This document shows positions 23,682 to 24,000 of a stretch of 24,000 nt of DNA, one piece after another. The stretch is from contig JAFDZO010000033.1 in assembly GCA_018266845.1 (NCBI GenBank), positions 39,014 through 63,013 on the forward strand, read 5' to 3'. The notes under the pieces are model-generated. The model had not been told where the DNA came from and ran no database searches. It saw only the letters and a program-made list of their open reading frames with translations. The stretch comes from Bacteroidota bacterium. Its GTDB lineage: Bacteria; Bacteroidota; Ignavibacteria; Tepidaquicellales; Tepidaquicellaceae. How positions within the stretch are numbered: position 1 is the stretch's first letter; every line of letters begins with the position of its first letter. The translations under genes were made by a program, and so were the position numbers.

Positions 23682-24000
23682 ATGAAAAACGAACAATATC
23701 ACAAAAAAAATCTTGCAATTGTAGTTGGCGGCGGTCCTGCGCCGGGCATTAACGGAGTGATTCGTTCAGTTACAATTGAAGCAATAAACTCCGGGCTTAA
23801 TGTCATAGGTGTATATGACGGATTTGAGTGGCTTGCAAAAGGAGACCACTCTCATTTTACAGAATTAAGAATTGACGATGTTTCACGTATTCACTTTTCT
23901 GGAGGCAGTATCTTAAGAACATCGAGAGAAAACCCTGCCTCAAGCAAGGAAAAATTAGATAAAACTATTAAAGCGCTCACTCAGTTATCTGTTGATTATC
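23682..24000 (+). CDS. 6-phosphofructokinase family protein (ATP- or PPi-dependent), N-terminal 106 aa only
   Basis: Absent from the ORF track because it runs off the window. My translation from the ATG at 23682 reads MKNEQYHKKNLAIVVGGGPAPGINGVIRSVTIEAINSGLNVIGVYDGFEWLAKGD...ILRTSRENP. The GGG-x-x-PG-x-N nucleotide/sugar-phosphate loop and the G-x-x-GF block are PFK hallmarks. The residues that distinguish phosphoryl donor lie beyond the window. Confidence 0.85.
   Translation, partial: MKNEQYHKKNLAIVVGGGPAPGINGVIRSVTIEAINSGLNVIGVYDGFEWLAKGDHSHFTELRIDDVSRIHFSGGSILRTSRENPASSKEKLDKTIKALTQLSVDY

Noticed and set aside
1-24000. A search by eye for CRISPR repeats, tRNA/rRNA/tmRNA/SRP-like sequences, transposases, integrases, terminal inverted repeats, or toxin-antitoxin and defence-type genes.
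   Set aside because: I found none. Intergenic space is minimal except 4738-5111 and 18303-18599, and neither shows tRNA T-loop/anticodon architecture or spaced direct repeats. Infernal and tRNAscan should confirm.

Overview
Low-GC (roughly mid-30s % by eye) chromosomal segment. It probably comes from an FCB-superphylum bacterium, Ignavibacteria/Bacteroidota-like. That placement is an inference from a Por/T9SS C-terminal sorting domain on a GH18 chitinase and the general sequence style. I support 23 protein-coding genes, two of them cut by the window edges and absent from the ORF track: 1..937 (-) and 23682..24000 (+). By eye I found no rRNA, tRNA, CRISPR array, transposase or integrase. Most of the window is housekeeping: carB C-terminal half, apaG, tex, trmH, kdsA, pfk and a COG2509-type flavoprotein. 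Four stretches deserve a second look. (1) 4738..8357: an orphan hairpin/T-tract leader followed by a translationally coupled four-gene cluster. The cluster is a LolD/MacB-type ABC ATPase, an FtsX/MacB-fold permease with a His-rich periplasmic insertion, a DUF3299-like protein with a Cys cluster, and an unassigned 6-TM protein with a duplicated C-x-x-S-D motif and an HHHSHSHSHNH tail. I read this as a divergent, undescribed variant of Zrg/PA4063-4066-type metal (zinc?) acquisition systems. (2) 12940..18302: a co-directional Cpx-like envelope-stress module (LTXXQ Spy/CpxP-like protein, OmpR-type regulator, HAMP kinase) with a GTAAA-N5-GTAAC box upstream. It continues into a flavoprotein gene and two tandem glycine-zipper paralogs of unknown function. 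(3) 20862..23670: an orphan receiver next to a 795-aa protein in which a degenerate spermidine-synthase-like domain sits between two polytopic membrane bundles. (4) 8364..10157: a split carB, only the C-terminal half, placed 6 nt behind the metal cluster. All family calls rest on motifs I can read in the translations. No database search was run.
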